Below are positions 29,250 through 42,437 of a stretch of DNA of 64,000 nucleotides, one piece after another. The notes below the pieces were generated by a model. The model had not been told where the DNA came from. It ran no database searches and was given only the letters and a program-made list of their open reading frames with translations. This DNA comes from Octopus vulgaris (taxonomy: Eukaryota). The stretch lies in the NCBI GenBank assembly GCA_951406725.2, contig OX597835.1:37200001-37264000 (forward strand). The letters are read 5' to 3'. Positions within the stretch are counted from its first letter, which is position 1. Each line of letters opens with the position of its first letter. The translations under genes and the position numbers were made by a program.

Positions 29250-29472
29250 ACCTATTTCTTTACTACCCACAAGGGGCTAAACACAGAGGGGACAGACAAA
29301 CGGATTAAGTTGATTATATCAACCCCAGTGCGTAATTGGTACTTATTTAATCGACCCCGAAAGGATGAAAGGCAAAGTCGACCTTGGCGGAATTTGAACT
29401 CAGAACGTAACGGCAGACGAAATACAGCTACGCATTTTGCCCGGCGTGCTAACGATTCTGCCAGCTCGCTGC
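29250..29472 (-). mobile_element. SINE family B
   Basis: Match to other copies. Confidence 0.85.
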
Positions 29473-29594
29473 CTAGAAATATACCACCCCAGTGAAATAC
29501 TTTAAGCTGTTTTTCAAATGGAATCTTATTCAAATGTTTGTCAGAGAAACCAATAAGCATGCTGCCAACTTTCTCAGGAACACTCAGCTCAAGA

Positions 29595-29674
29595 GGGTGT
29601 CTCTTGGTCAGGGTGTCCCTTGGTCAGGGTGTCCCTTGGTCAGGGTGTCCCTTGGTCAGGGTGTCCCTTGGTCA
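29595..29674. repeat. 16-bp minisatellite x5
   Basis: (gggtgtcccttggtca)5. Confidence 0.95.
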
Positions 29675-29954
29675 TAAATGGCTCTGCCTTTTTGGAACTG
29701 AAACTCCAAATGAAGCTCCATCTCTAAAGGTCTAAATTTGAAGGGTCAATTTCTTACATCTATAGAATCCTCTCTTGTGCAATGTCTACCTGATATCATA
29801 CTCAATTGTTTATGCTGATCTGAGAAAAATAAAATTAATTCTGTGCTCTTCAAGGAAGGGATATTAAGCTTTAAAGAAGACATGAGGACCGGAGACAAGG
29901 TTTCAGGTTATTATTTGCTGAAGATTGATTTTTCAGAATTTCGCATACCTTACT

Positions 29955-30555
29955 CTCTTTTACTCTTTTACTTGTTTCAGTTATTTGACCGCGGCCATGC
30001 TGGAGCACCACCTTTAGTCGAGAAAATAGACCCCAGGACTTATTCTATCAGTCTCTTTTGCCAAACCGCTAAGTAACGGGGACGTAAACACACCAGCATC
30101 GGCTGTCAAGCAATGTTGCGAGGACAAATACAGACACACAAACATATATATATATTTCTTTATTGCCCACAAGGGGCTAAACATAGAGGGGACAAACAAG
30201 GGGATTAAGTCGATTACATCAATCTCAGTGAAAAACAGGTACTTTATTTATCGACTCCAAAAGGATGAAAGGCAAAGTCGACCTTGGTGGAATTTGAACT
30301 CAGAATGTAACGGCAGATGAAATACTGTTGAGCATTTCGCCCGGGTGCGCTAACGTGTCTGCCAGCTCGCCGCCTTATACATATACATATATACGATGGG
30401 CTTCTTTCAGTTTCCATCTACCAAATCCACTCACAAGGCATTGGTCGGCCCAAGGCTATAGTAGAAGACACTTGCCCAAGGTGCCACACAGTGGGAATGA
30501 ACCCGGAACCATGTGATTGGTAAGCAAGCTACTTACCATACAGCCACTCCTGCAC
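29955..30555 (-). mobile_element. SINE family A with nested family B copy (~30155-30376)
   Basis: Family B sequence interrupts the internal (TA)n of family A. Confidence 0.85.
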
Positions 30556-30598
30556 TTCTATGATTTTTATGATGAAGGTTTTGACAATGTTGACAATG

Positions 30599-30821
30599 TT
30601 AACCCTTTAGCATTCAGATTATTCTGTCAAATGTAATCCTTATTTATTTACCTCGTTTTGAATTAATCATGCATTGTCTTACAGCTTCAAGGTTTCACTG
30701 ATGTAATTATTTATTTTTAGAATGAAATTGTAGAGTAGGTATGAGAGGCCAGATCTAACCAGTTTGAACATAAAACAGAATATTTGGACTGGATATGGCC
30801 AGTTTAAATACTAAAGAGTAA
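30599..30821. mobile_element. piggyBac-type MITE
   Basis: ttaa-ccctttagcatt ... aatactaaagag-taa termini. Confidence 0.65.
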
Positions 30822-32211
30822 TATTGATGATATTTTTGTTGTCACTGTTACTGAAGCTGATGGCGATGATGGTGATGATGATGATGATAACCATGCAAAA
30901 CAAATGTTTATTCTCCATCTTACCGATTTTAATTTGCTTCTTTCAAAGTTTCTTTTCCATTTTTTCTTATAACTGTTTTCATCTTCATCTCTTCTTTCCG
31001 TTTTATTATACATTTTCATGTATTTGTTTTTTTAAATTTGGCTGTTATTTCAAGCATGTTGAGTGACCTCAACATATTGAGACCGCCCCCATTTCATCTT
31101 CGGGATCTATCTGCATCCATGCATGAAGAAAGGAACATCTGGGTTTAAAAAACATCTGGAATATTGGTAAAAAAGCAGGTGGTGGTAGTGGTGATGGCGG
31201 TGGCCATGGTGTTGGTGGTGATGATGGTGGTGGTGATGGCAGTGGTAGCAGCAGTAGTGGTGGTGATGATGGTGGTGGTGAGGTGGATATTATGAAAGTC
31301 AGAGGATAGAAGGAAACATTTTTAAAACATTGGAATTTTGTAAATTATGTTTTTTTGTTTTTTTTTGGAATTGAAATCTCTATATTTCCATATGGAATTC
31401 CCCGGAAATTACTGAAAAAGAGCAAAACAAAAGATTTGTGTGTGTGTGTATGTGAATGTGTATGGTATTTCAAATTTTCAAAATCTGTTTTGGTGGGTGA
31501 AATTGTAATCTTCATTGTTGAAAAGAATGCAATTCCAAAGAAATGAAAGAAACCAAACAAAGGGATGCTGGATTCTTATTTGACATGTCAGCCCCTAATT
31601 TCTTCTTTTCAAATGTTTATACCCACCCCTTACAGATGCAGACCACGGATTTTTCTAATGATGTAACCTTGCCATTAATCAATTAATAACTCATTAGAAA
31701 CAGCTGTAGTGGATTGACTCATTATCTATCTTCTTATTTATTTATCTATTTATTATTCACCTCGCTCAGAACCTATTCCTTGAGAAGATCCGAGGTATAT
31801 TATGGACTGTACATTTAGTGCAATGTGTGTTTCCCGATTAGCCCCAGAGTTATTGATATACTCAGTCGGGTGCTGTTAATCGTATACATAACCTCAATAC
31901 CCTTTCTGCCTGTACTCTAGTACTTCCGTATGTTGTCCTCTATTTTTGTTGTGTACGCCTTTTTGCGACCCAACCTGGTGTCTTGTCAGTTGAGTGCTTG
32001 TTTCACTCAAATCCTGATCTATTACACACACACACACACACACATACACACACACACACACATATATTAGAAGGTTTGGAGGTGATGTACAGGTATTATA
32101 TATTAGAAAAAGTAAGGTCCTCAGAAATCCATAAATATACAACCATCCAGATTTTTGAGTACCTTATTTTTTCTAATATATATATATATATGTGTGTGTG
32201 TATGTGTTATA

Positions 32212-32267
<56 letters not shown>

Positions 32268-32513
32268 ACACTTTTGAAAACAGCTACTTGAAGTTTGAAA
32301 CTCATATCAGAGTAATTCACTGTAAACTATTATTAAGACTAAAATAAAAATTATTCCTCCCAAAAAACCATCTCTACCCATTTTTTGAAATATATATACA
32401 TAGGTGTAGATGTGTGGCACCTTGGGCATGTGTCTTCTACTATAGCGTTGGGCCAACCAAAGCCTTGTGAGTGGATTTGGTAGATGGAAACTGAAAGAAG
32501 CCTGTCGTATATA

Positions 32514-32552
<39 letters not shown>

Positions 32553-32869
32553 ATATGTTTGTGTGTCTGTGTTTGTCCCCCCAACATCACTTGACAACTG
32601 ATGCTGGTGTTTACATCCCTGTAACTTAGCGGTTCGGCAAAACAGCCCGATAGAATAAGTACTAGGCTTACAAAGAATAAGTCCTGGGGTTGATTTGCTC
32701 GACTAAAGGCAGAGCTCCAGCATGGCTACAGTCAAATGACTGATACAAATAAGAGTATATATGTGTGTGTGTGTGTGTGCACGTGCGCGTGTGTGTGCAC
32801 ACGTGCGCGTGTGTGTATATGTGTGTCTGTATATACTATCATATACATCAACACAGCCTCCTGCCACAC

Positions 32870-33910
32870 ACCTAATAAAAAGTACCAGTAAATGGATTTT
32901 TGAGCTTATCTTCAAATAAAACTATATTCAACGCAGCGGCTACTGCTTACAATGAGATGCTAGCAGCCAGCGGGTTCAAGGACCATAAAGTATATACACC
33001 AGGATTGAGCAACCATAAAAGGAAACACCACCACAAGGCCTTATGGTTTGCTCTCCACTACTCCCTAAATGTCCGGACATGCGTAGGTAAGATTTTTCTT
33101 AGGTTGGTGGATAAGCATTTCCCGCAATCACACAAATATAGAAAGATCTTTAATAGACATAATTTAAGGATCTCTTTCAGTTGTGCACCCAATGTTAAGG
33201 AAAAATTACTTAGCACTCCTAAACCACAGGCAGAGGCAGGTTGTTCATGCAGGATTAGAAATGAATGCCCAGTGGATGGCCGATGTGACACCGAGGCTGC
33301 AGTGTACCAAGCAAAGGTAGCCTCAAACAGGAGCAGCACAAATAAAAGTAACATCAATGACAACACAGGGACACATACTTAAATTTATGTCGGATCTTGT
33401 GAATCCAAATTTAGAATTCGCCTGAACAAACACAGATCTTCTTGCAGGGTGCCGGAGAGACACAACACAATGACACTCGCAGCATACGTATGGCACCTAA
33501 AGGACGGTCATACGCCCTTTAATATCAGGTGGAAAGAACTAGAAACTTGTGGACCCTATCACAATGGAACAAGGCTATGTAAATTGTGTACGGCAGATAA
33601 AATATATGATCCTTATGAACTAACATGAGCCAGGTGGCTACCTGAACTCTGGGACTGAAGCTGTGGGGAGTTGTCCACATTTTCAGAAATTTTTACTTCA
33701 AAACTGGAAAACCAAGCTATGTGAAGGAAGACATAGTTGCCTGGCCATAAGTTTTTCAGAGGAATATTTCTTCAACTATCACTGGTGTTCTTGTGTTTTT
33801 AAAAAAATTTTCTTTGCAGAGACCAGTTATCATTTAGAGAAACTGAAGACATGCTAGATATGAAACCAATGGTATTTCTCTAAAACTGTTACTTTACACA
33901 TGCAAATATA
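32870..33910 (+). mobile_element. 5'-truncated, frameshifted Penelope-like element (linker, GIY-YIG endonuclease, 3' UTR)
   Basis: LSSNKTIFNAAATAYNEMLAASGF..WFALHYS..VGKIFLRLVDKHFP..IFNRHNLRISFSC..CSCRIRNECPVDGRC..VYQAKV; after a frameshift IYVGSCESKFRIRLNKH..WHLKD..CKLC..CPH. Confidence 0.9.
33833..33884 (+). ncRNA. Minimal type I hammerhead ribozyme motif in the PLE 3' UTR
   Basis: tttagagaaa-CTGAAGA-catgctagatat-GAAA-ccaatgg-TA-tttctctaaa: 10-bp stem I, GUA site, weak stem II. Confidence 0.8.
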
Positions 33911-34547
33911 TATTTATATATATCAATGTAAAAAGCACCAATCAATCGTGGCTGTTGCCATCCTCGCCTGGTACCTGTGCCGGTGGCATGTAAAAAGCAC
34001 CCACTACACTCTCTGACTGGTTGGCGTTAGGAAGGGCATCCAGCTGTAGAAACACTGCCAGATCAGAAGGCCTGGTGCAGCCTCCTGGCTTCCCAGACCA
34101 CAGTCAAACCGTCCAACCCATGCTAGCATGGAAAGCGGACATTAAACGATGATGATGATATATGCATACACATATATTTACATATATGCACACACATACA
34201 CATGCACATTTATATAAGCATGACCACAGCTTAGCACTCCAAGGATCAAACCGCCCCCCTCAAAGGTTTTTTCCCTTCCTTACTGATTCTGATGTAGTTT
34301 CTAGCATTAGATTCCTCTTTTTTTTCTTAATCTTTTATACTAGTTTCACTTATTTGAGTGTGACCATGCTGGGGCACTTCCTTGATGGGTTTTAGTTGAA
34401 TAAATTGACACCAAGACTAATTTTTTTTAAAGCTTAGTAAATAAGTTCTATAGGTCTCTTTTGTCAAACTTCTAAGTTACAAGGATGTAAAACATCAACA
34501 CCAGTTGCCAAGCAGTGGTGGGATAGAAATGCAGACAACCACCCCCT

Positions 34548-34592
<45 letters not shown>

Positions 34593-34953
34593 AAGCTTCT
34601 TTCAGTTTTCATCTACCAAACCCAGTCACAAAGCTTTGGTTGGCCCGAGGCTATAGTAGAAGACACTTGCTCATGGGGCCTTGCAATGGGACTGAACATG
34701 GAACCATATGGTTTGGAAGCAAGTTTCTTTCCGAGTCCACAGGGGAGAGAAGTTCTATTTAGTGGTACTAAAACGAATAACTCACTGTATTATATACATA
34801 TAAACAAATAGGTTAAAGAGACAGAATCACTCTCAGGCAACTCAATCATCATTGAATGACATTATCCACAATATGTACATATAGAACTAAATATTAAAAT
34901 TATCAAAATTAATACCTACAATTCTTATTCCAAATCACATACTTTACATTATC

Positions 34954-35058
34954 TAGACTACGTGCGTTTCATGACAACATATTACTAAATATTGCTGAAA
35001 CAGAATGTTTCTATACAATACCACATGAAAACGATTATATTGCCAATCTTCAGGTCTA
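34954..35058 (-). ncRNA. Type I hammerhead motif with very long stem II
   Basis: tagac-CTGAAGA-t-tggcaatata-(~55 nt)-tatgttgtca-t-GAAA-cgcacg-TA-gtcta. Confidence 0.75.
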
Positions 35059-36008
35059 TCTTATATGAACTTATTTTGTTATTTACATCGTATATTAAGA
35101 CATGACAAACTAAAATTATATAACTAGAAGTTGTTGGAATAATTTTACTTGAGTAAATAATGAACAGAAATGTGGAACAAAAGTAGGAAAAACAAAATGT
35201 TAGTAAAAAGAAATGTTAACTTATCTGTATGGTAATTTTCACTCCAAGAATTAAACATGGCTACCAACAATTGCATAATCGAACATTGAGAGCTACTTTG
35301 TAGTAGAGATAATTCTTATTAACATTTAAAAGTTCTTAAAAGGTATTTTCTATTATTTATAATAATAATAAATTAGAATCTAGAAGTGAGTGTATGATGG
35401 GCATAGTCTAATTTGATTTATTTTTAAGTTAACATAAAAATAAAGTAAATTAATCACCATCTTAATAACAACAGCAATAATGATAATGGCTTCAAATTTT
35501 GCTACAAGGACAGCAATTTGGGGGTAGTTTATCGACCCTGAAAGGATGAAACGCAAAGTCGACCGCAGCAGAATTTGAACTCAAAATTTAGTGGCAGACG
35601 AAATACCGCTAAGCAATTTTCTGACAATAATAATAATAATAATAATAATGCTAATAATAATAGCAATAACAACAATAATAATAATAATAATAGCAAGAAG
35701 AAGAAGAAGAAGAAGAAGAAGAAGAAGAATAGCAATAACAATAATAATGATGATGATGACAATAATACTAGAATTTAAAACATATAAAGCAAAGATTTTC
35801 AGAAACCAAAACCCAAACAAAAAAAAACATGAAAATTGTCAGATTTTCTCCTTTCAATAGACTTTAACAATGGTTTTGCTCTCTTTTTATTTTTATTCTT
35901 TAATACTTGTGTTTCTTTCATATCTGTTTTTCTGTTTTTTGTATTTATCTATTCAGTGTTTAGGCATTTATATTTTTTGTGATATATATATATACATACA
36001 TATATATG

Positions 36009-36040
<32 letters not shown>

Positions 36041-36197
36041 CTGGTATTGATTTATATTAATGTATGTTATATATTTATGTTATGTAGTTTTATCTTTATG
36101 TGGTTATATGTTTTTTATTTGTTGTGTGTGGTATTTTCGTAGTTTTTGTTCAGTTTATCTTTATGTTTTTATATATATCATTGTTTTTATATGCCCA

Positions 36198-36233
<36 letters not shown>

Positions 36234-36606
36234 CATCTCTCTGTCTTTCTTTCTCTGTGTTTCTCTCTCTCTCTTTCTTTGTATTTCCCAACCAAAGCCT
36301 TGTGAGTGGATTTGGTAGATGGAAACTGAAAGAAGCCCATCGTATATATATATGTATATATGTGTATGTGTGTGTGTGTGTGCGTGTGTGTATGTTTGTG
36401 TGTCTGTGTTTGTCCCCCCAAACATCACTCGACAACTGATGGTGGTGTGTTTATGTTCCCGTAACCTAGCGGTTCAGCAAAAGAGACTGATAGAATAAGT
36501 ACTAGGCTTCCAAAGAATAAGTCCTGGGGTCAATTTGCTCGACTAAAGGCAGTGCTCCAGCATGGCCACAGTCAAATGACTGAAACAAGTAAAAGAGAAA
36601 GGGAAA

Positions 36607-36647
<41 letters not shown>

Positions 36648-36954
36648 CCAGTTGAACCGTCCAACCCATGCTAGCATGGAAAGCGGACGCTAAATGATGA
36701 TGATGATATATAAAGTAAAGAGTAAAAGTGTCAAAAGGAAGAGTATAGTTGAGGTGTGTTCTGTCAAGAACACACCTCAACTATATATATATGTGTGTAT
36801 ATATATATATATATACATACACACATATCAATCTTATATCTCTGATAGTATAAGAGGGGACTAATAAGGTTAAAATCAGAAAAGACATCGGGTCATAAAG
36901 TTCTGCCTTTGAAAATTCCAAGGTGACTATAATGGCAATTAAAAGTGTAAAGAA

Positions 36955-37713
36955 ATGTGATGATGATGAGGATATTGATGATGAAAATGATGATGATGTG
37001 GAGGATAGGGAGTTAAGAGGAGAATGAGAATGAAGATGATGCTGATTGTAATGATGGGATGATGATAATGATGGTGGTGACTGATGATGATGATGATGAT
37101 GACTGATGATGTTGATGGTGATGATGAGGACTGAGTGATGATGACAATGTTACACTGGCGGTGTTGATGACAACACTGGTGGTGGTGATGGTGGCAACAG
37201 TGACACTGATTAAAGGTGATGGCGATGATGACAGATAAAATATGATAGTGATGATGACAATGGTATCGGTGGCATCGATGATTTTAATGATGAAAATCTC
37301 GTCAAAGATGACAATAACAATCTTGATGACATTGCTACCCTGCTGCTGATGACGATGACGACGATGAGGACAATGATGACAACGATGACGACAACGGTGA
37401 TGATAATGATGGTGATGTTGTTGATGATTATGCTCATGATGATAATGATGGTGATGGAGATGATGATGATGATGCTGTTGAAGATACTAACGACAATGAT
37501 AATGATGATGATGATGATGATAAAGATGACAGTAAGAGGGTGATGATGATTGTGAAGACAATGATGATGGTGGTGATGATGATGATGATGATGAATTGTG
37601 ATGACAATGATGATGGTGGTGATGATAATGATGATGATGATGCTGACAACATTGCAGCTGCTGCTGCTGCTAGTGTGGTGACAATGATGACAAGACGATG
37701 ACAGCGACGATAG

Positions 37714-37749
<36 letters not shown>

Positions 37750-37770
37750 CGACGATAGTGATGACAACCA
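36955..37770. repeat. Degenerate (GAT)n tract
   Basis: Direct reading. Confidence 0.9.
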
Positions 37771-38149
37771 CACAAAGCAAATATTTATTCTCCATCATTC
37801 AAGTCAATTTAAAACATTTACTTTCTTCCTTCAAAAATTTTTCTCATTCTTCACAATAAATTTTTTCGCCTCTCCCCTCTCTCTTTCTCTCTCCTTTCCA
37901 TTTTTGTCTAGATTTCTACGTTTTTCTTCCTATTTCTTTCACTTTATAGCTTTTATATCTATTTACATTTTGCACATATTTTTTTTTAGATGTTGATGTG
38001 ATTTTTATTATAGATATCTTTAAAAAAGGTCCTTGTCACTTTAAATAACATTTTCTCTATTCTTCTTCTTCACCCATTAATGCTCCTTTTCTTCATCTCG
38101 TGCGCTAATCATCTATCCATTTATCATTAATTCTTACCATTAAATTAAT

Positions 38150-38361
38150 TTATGACAATAATAACACCAATAATACTAATAATAACAACAATAACAATAA
38201 TAATACTGTCAATTAATATCAGTAATAACAATAATAATAATAATATCAATAATAATAATAATGATGATAATAATAATAATAATAACAATAATATCAATAA
38301 TAATAATGATAATAATAATAAAAACAATACTAATAATGATAACGATAATAACAATAATATC

Positions 38362-38404
<43 letters not shown>

Positions 38405-38420
38405 TTAATAATAACAATAA
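38150..38420. repeat. (AAT)n microsatellite
   Basis: Direct reading. Confidence 0.95.
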
Positions 38421-38519
38421 TAGCTACATTGCTATTCATTGATTTTTATATATGGTTTGATATTTTTGCTGTTGTATTTTGTTTCTTTTGAATTTTTGTG
38501 GTTTCTTTTTTCTATGTTG

Positions 38520-39485
38520 CTAAAATGTAATATGTAAATCTAAAGCGTGAAGTGTCATAATATAACATGTAATGTGTAAAATAGGTGGTAAATGTCAAGT
38601 TTATTAAAGTGTGAAATGTAAAATGTAACAGTAGTTTTGGAAGAAATGTTGAATATAAAATATAAAAAAGTGTAATCTGTATCATGTGAAGTGAGTGCTA
38701 TATGTTATATTGACAAGTGGAGCATGAAATGTAAGCTGTATTGGATGAAATATGAAATGTTGACTGCAAATTGTGGAATGTCAAATTTCATTTATGAAGT
38801 CTGAAAATGTAACTTGTAATGTGTAAAGTAGGTGTTAAATGTCATACATAAAGGATGAAATATGAACTGAGTAATGTGAAATGTAACATGTAATGGATTT
38901 AGGGATGGTGAATGTAAAAGGTAAATGAATGAATTGCAAAAATATAATCTATTCCATGTAAAGTGGGTGTCAAATGTTATATGAAGTGTAGAGTGTGAAA
39001 TCTAATTTTAATCGATAAAAAAAGATATTGACTGCAAATTGTTAAATGCCAAATTTTGTGTATAAATTATCAAAATTTTACTTGTAATGTGTAAAGTAAG
39101 TGTTAAATGTCTTATTTGAAGTGTGAAATGTGTTATGTGAAATGCAAGATGTAATGGTGGAGGAATGTTAAGTTTAAAAAGTAAGTAAATAAAATGTAAA
39201 AATATAAGCTGTATTATGTAAAGTGTGTGGTAAATGTTATATAAAAATGTAATGTGTGACATATAACCTATTTTATGTAAAGTTGACATGAAATGTTGTA
39301 TGAAGATGTGATGTGTGAAATGTGGCCTATATTATGTTAAATTTTATATCAGGATGTGAAGCATGAAAAGTAACTACATCATGAAAAGTGAGTGTGAAAT
39401 GTAATACGTTAAATGTGAAATGTTAACAGTAAATTGTAAAATGCCAAATTTCATGTACGAATTGTGAAAATATAACTTGTAATAC
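38520..39485. repeat. Diverged tandem repeat, ~250-270 bp unit, 3-4 copies
   Basis: taatgtgtaaa.ta.gtg.taaatgtc at ~38570, 38817 and 39085; tt.ac.g.aaattgt..aatg.caaattt at ~38760, 39028 and 39423. Confidence 0.7.
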
Positions 39486-39729
39486 AATTGTGTGTTGTTA
39501 TATTTAACATGTTCGTATATTTGAACAAGGAAAGATAGTCTGCTGCACAGCATATCTCAAGAGAAGGAATTCTCTTTAACACTGCTTTGTGCATCTTTAA
39601 TTAATGTATTCCATCCTGACAATGGCATCATTCATGGCTTAGAGGTCTCTTTACTCCTTCATTGTCTCAAACAAGAATTTCTTCTCTCAAGACAACTTAT
39701 GCAGCTTATTTTTAAAAAATTTAATGTTT

Positions 39730-40090
39730 AATTGGCTCAAAAAGCAAAAGCAAGGCCATGTAGGGAGACAGGGAGTTATGTACAGGGAGGATGGTCATAC
39801 AAAGAGTTCAGGCCATTTCCGGTCAAGAGAGACTTTGAACTGAGCGGTTGTCGGCATCTTCACTATCTTGTCCGGCAGCTTATTCCATGGATCCGCAACC
39901 TGGACGGAGAAAGCCCCTCTCCTTCGATTGAGATGAAATCCTTGTAGAACTTTTCGGAGTGACCCCGCAGCCCACACTCTGGAGCAGGAGTGAAGAACAG
40001 TTCTTTCGAGAGGTTACACTTTCCGCTTATGATGTTGTGAGCGAGAATGAGATCACCACGGGGTCGTCGTTTTTCAAGAGAAAATGGTGT
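39730..40090 (-). mobile_element. CR1-group LINE 3' end
   Basis: SLEKRRPRGDLILAHNIISGKC..GHSEK..DPWNKLPD. Confidence 0.85.
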
Positions 40091-40121
40091 CAGAATGTAC
40101 ACGAACATGTTAAATATAACA

Positions 40122-40643
40122 TAAATCTTCGAGTATAGTCCGCCCTTGAGTATAATATGCAAGGGATTTTTAGTGAGGCTGTACCTCTGAAAAACCTAAA
40201 CCTTGTGTATAATATGCACCCCTTCTCTAACTTGAGTCGTGCGTAATTAATCCAGCAGCACCTAGTCGAACAAACACTTTCGCACATGTGTAATACAATA
40301 ATGGTGATGTTCTTAACTGTTATATGGGAATGTAAATATGTTTGCAAATTGTTTTTGTTACATGTTATTCTGTGTTCTGAATACTTTTATTTTATTAAAT
40401 GTTGCTTACTGCAAGTTATGGATGATTCTTTTATGACATCATTGCTTTCAAGCTTAGCTTAAGGTATCTTCGTGCCTGACATCACAAAATGCATCTGAAT
40501 AAACATTGCTGCACAGCAAATAGAGACTCGGACATTGCTTGGAAAATATTTTTCATTTTTAATCTCGTATATAGTACGCACTAGGGATTTTGACCTTTAA
40601 ATTTGGGGAAAAAAATGCAGATTATACTCGAGGATTTACGGTA
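40122..40643. mobile_element. Pogo/Tigger-like MITE
   Basis: taaatcttcgagtata ... tatactcgaggatttacggTA inverted termini. Confidence 0.7.
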
Positions 40644-41063
40644 ACTGTCATCATTGTTGTCATGTATTGCACACTTTAATAGTGTGTTAATGACACTAAT
40701 GATGAAAGGCTACCTGATTAAGAGCAAGTTTCCCTGTTGGACGAAGCCATAGCAATACTTATTCTGATATTCTTATAGTGTTTTCTTGGCAAAGACATTA
40801 GGGTGATTTGACTTTGTCTTCTTCACAAAGAACTCATTCATCCTTTAACAGGTCTTGCTTTTAGTCCTACTGGCTGTCCAGACACCCTTGCCCCAAGACT
40901 AGAAAGCTACTCAAATGGGGGAGTCTGTTTAGTTGCTGGCCTGTTGACCATGGAAGAGGTAGTACTGGTTTACATGCTACCAGTAGCAGGTTTCATCAGC
41001 CTCTGATGAGATCCCTGATCTGAATATAAATATGGCCAATACATAATTATATTAGAGTGGCTA

Positions 41064-41670
41064 TAGGCGCAGGAGTGGCTGTGTGGTAAGTAGCTTGCTT
41101 ACCAACCACATAGTTCTGAGTTCAGTTCCACTGTGTGATACCTTGGGCAAGTGTCTTCTACTATACCCTTGGGCCAACCAAAGCCTTGTGAGTGGATTTG
41201 GGAGACAGAAACTGAAAGAAGGCGGTGAGCTGGCAAAGCGTTAGCACACCGGGCGAAATGCTTAGCGGTATTTTGTCTGCCGTTACATTCTGAGTTCAAA
41301 TTCCGCCAAGGTCGACTTTGCCTTTCATCCTTTCAGGGTTGATAAATTAAGTACCGGTTACGTACTGGGGTCGATCTAATCGACTTAATCCCTTTGTCTA
41401 TCCTTGTTTGTCCCCTCTGTGTTTAGCCTCTTGTGGGCAATAAAAAAATAAGAAACTGAAAGAAGCCTGTCATATATATATATATGTCCCCCCCACCATC
41501 GTTTGACAACTGAAGTTGGTGTGTTTACATTCCCGTAACTTGGCGATTCAGCAAAAGAGACTGATAGAATAAGTACTAGGCTTACAAAGAATAAGTCCTG
41601 GGGTCAATTTGTTTGACTAAAGGTGGTGCTCCAGCATGGCCATGGTCAAATGACTGAAACAAATAAAAGA
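41064..41670 (+). mobile_element. SINE family A with nested family B insertion (41220-41450)
   Basis: TSD agaaactgaaaga at 41207-41219 and 41451-41463. Confidence 0.9.
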
Positions 41671-42328
41671 GCACGATAAGCAGTGAAGGTACATGGCTCA
41701 GTGGTTAGAGGCACCCTTGCTGGTGACACATATAAGGCACTTGTGCCAGTGACATGTGAAAGGCACTTGGTACACTGTCTGGAGTGGTTGGCATTACAAA
41801 GAGCCAAAAGAGGTAACTTGAGCCAAGTGCAACCCTCCAGCTTACCAGCTCCTGTCAAAACAACTAACCCATACCAGCTTGGAAAAAAGGTGATAAATGG
41901 ATGATGATGATGATGATGATAATGATGATGTAGCATGTGGTATAATATGATGTAATAAAATGTACTGTTTTATGCTTGGAATGGTTCCAATATAGTGTAC
42001 AGGACAAGTCCACCTTGTCTTGTATACTGTCAGTAATCAAATTCCAGTGCCAGCACAGCTAGTCTAAACCACACCCACACGTCATGCCCACCTGCCATCT
42101 TGGTAACCAAGAGAAACAAGCAATTGTGATGTGGTGAAAGCTGACTGGGACGGATAAAAGATTAAGTTAAGCTTCAACCATATACTTGAGGGATTTTAGT
42201 TTACATCAATGTTATCCTACGTATGTGCGTGTATGTGTCTGTATGTGTATATATATATATATGCATGTATATTGGAAGACAGACGTTAGATGATGACGAT
42301 GATAATGTTGTATATACACACACACATA

Positions 42329-42360
<32 letters not shown>

Positions 42361-42384
42361 GTGAGAGAGAAAGAACAAGAGATT

Positions 42385-42430
<46 letters not shown>

Positions 42431-42437
<7 letters not shown>

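Noticed and set aside
29595-29674. CRISPR-like array
   Set aside because: Contiguous tandem units with no spacers; eukaryotic context
39496-40121. 24-bp inverted repeats around a CR1 fragment
   Set aside because: Real match, but too short to assign an element or function
40999-41036. ctgatga-gatc-cct-gatc-t-gaat motif
   Set aside because: Core and stem II present, but the GAAA, stem III and cleavage site do not fit
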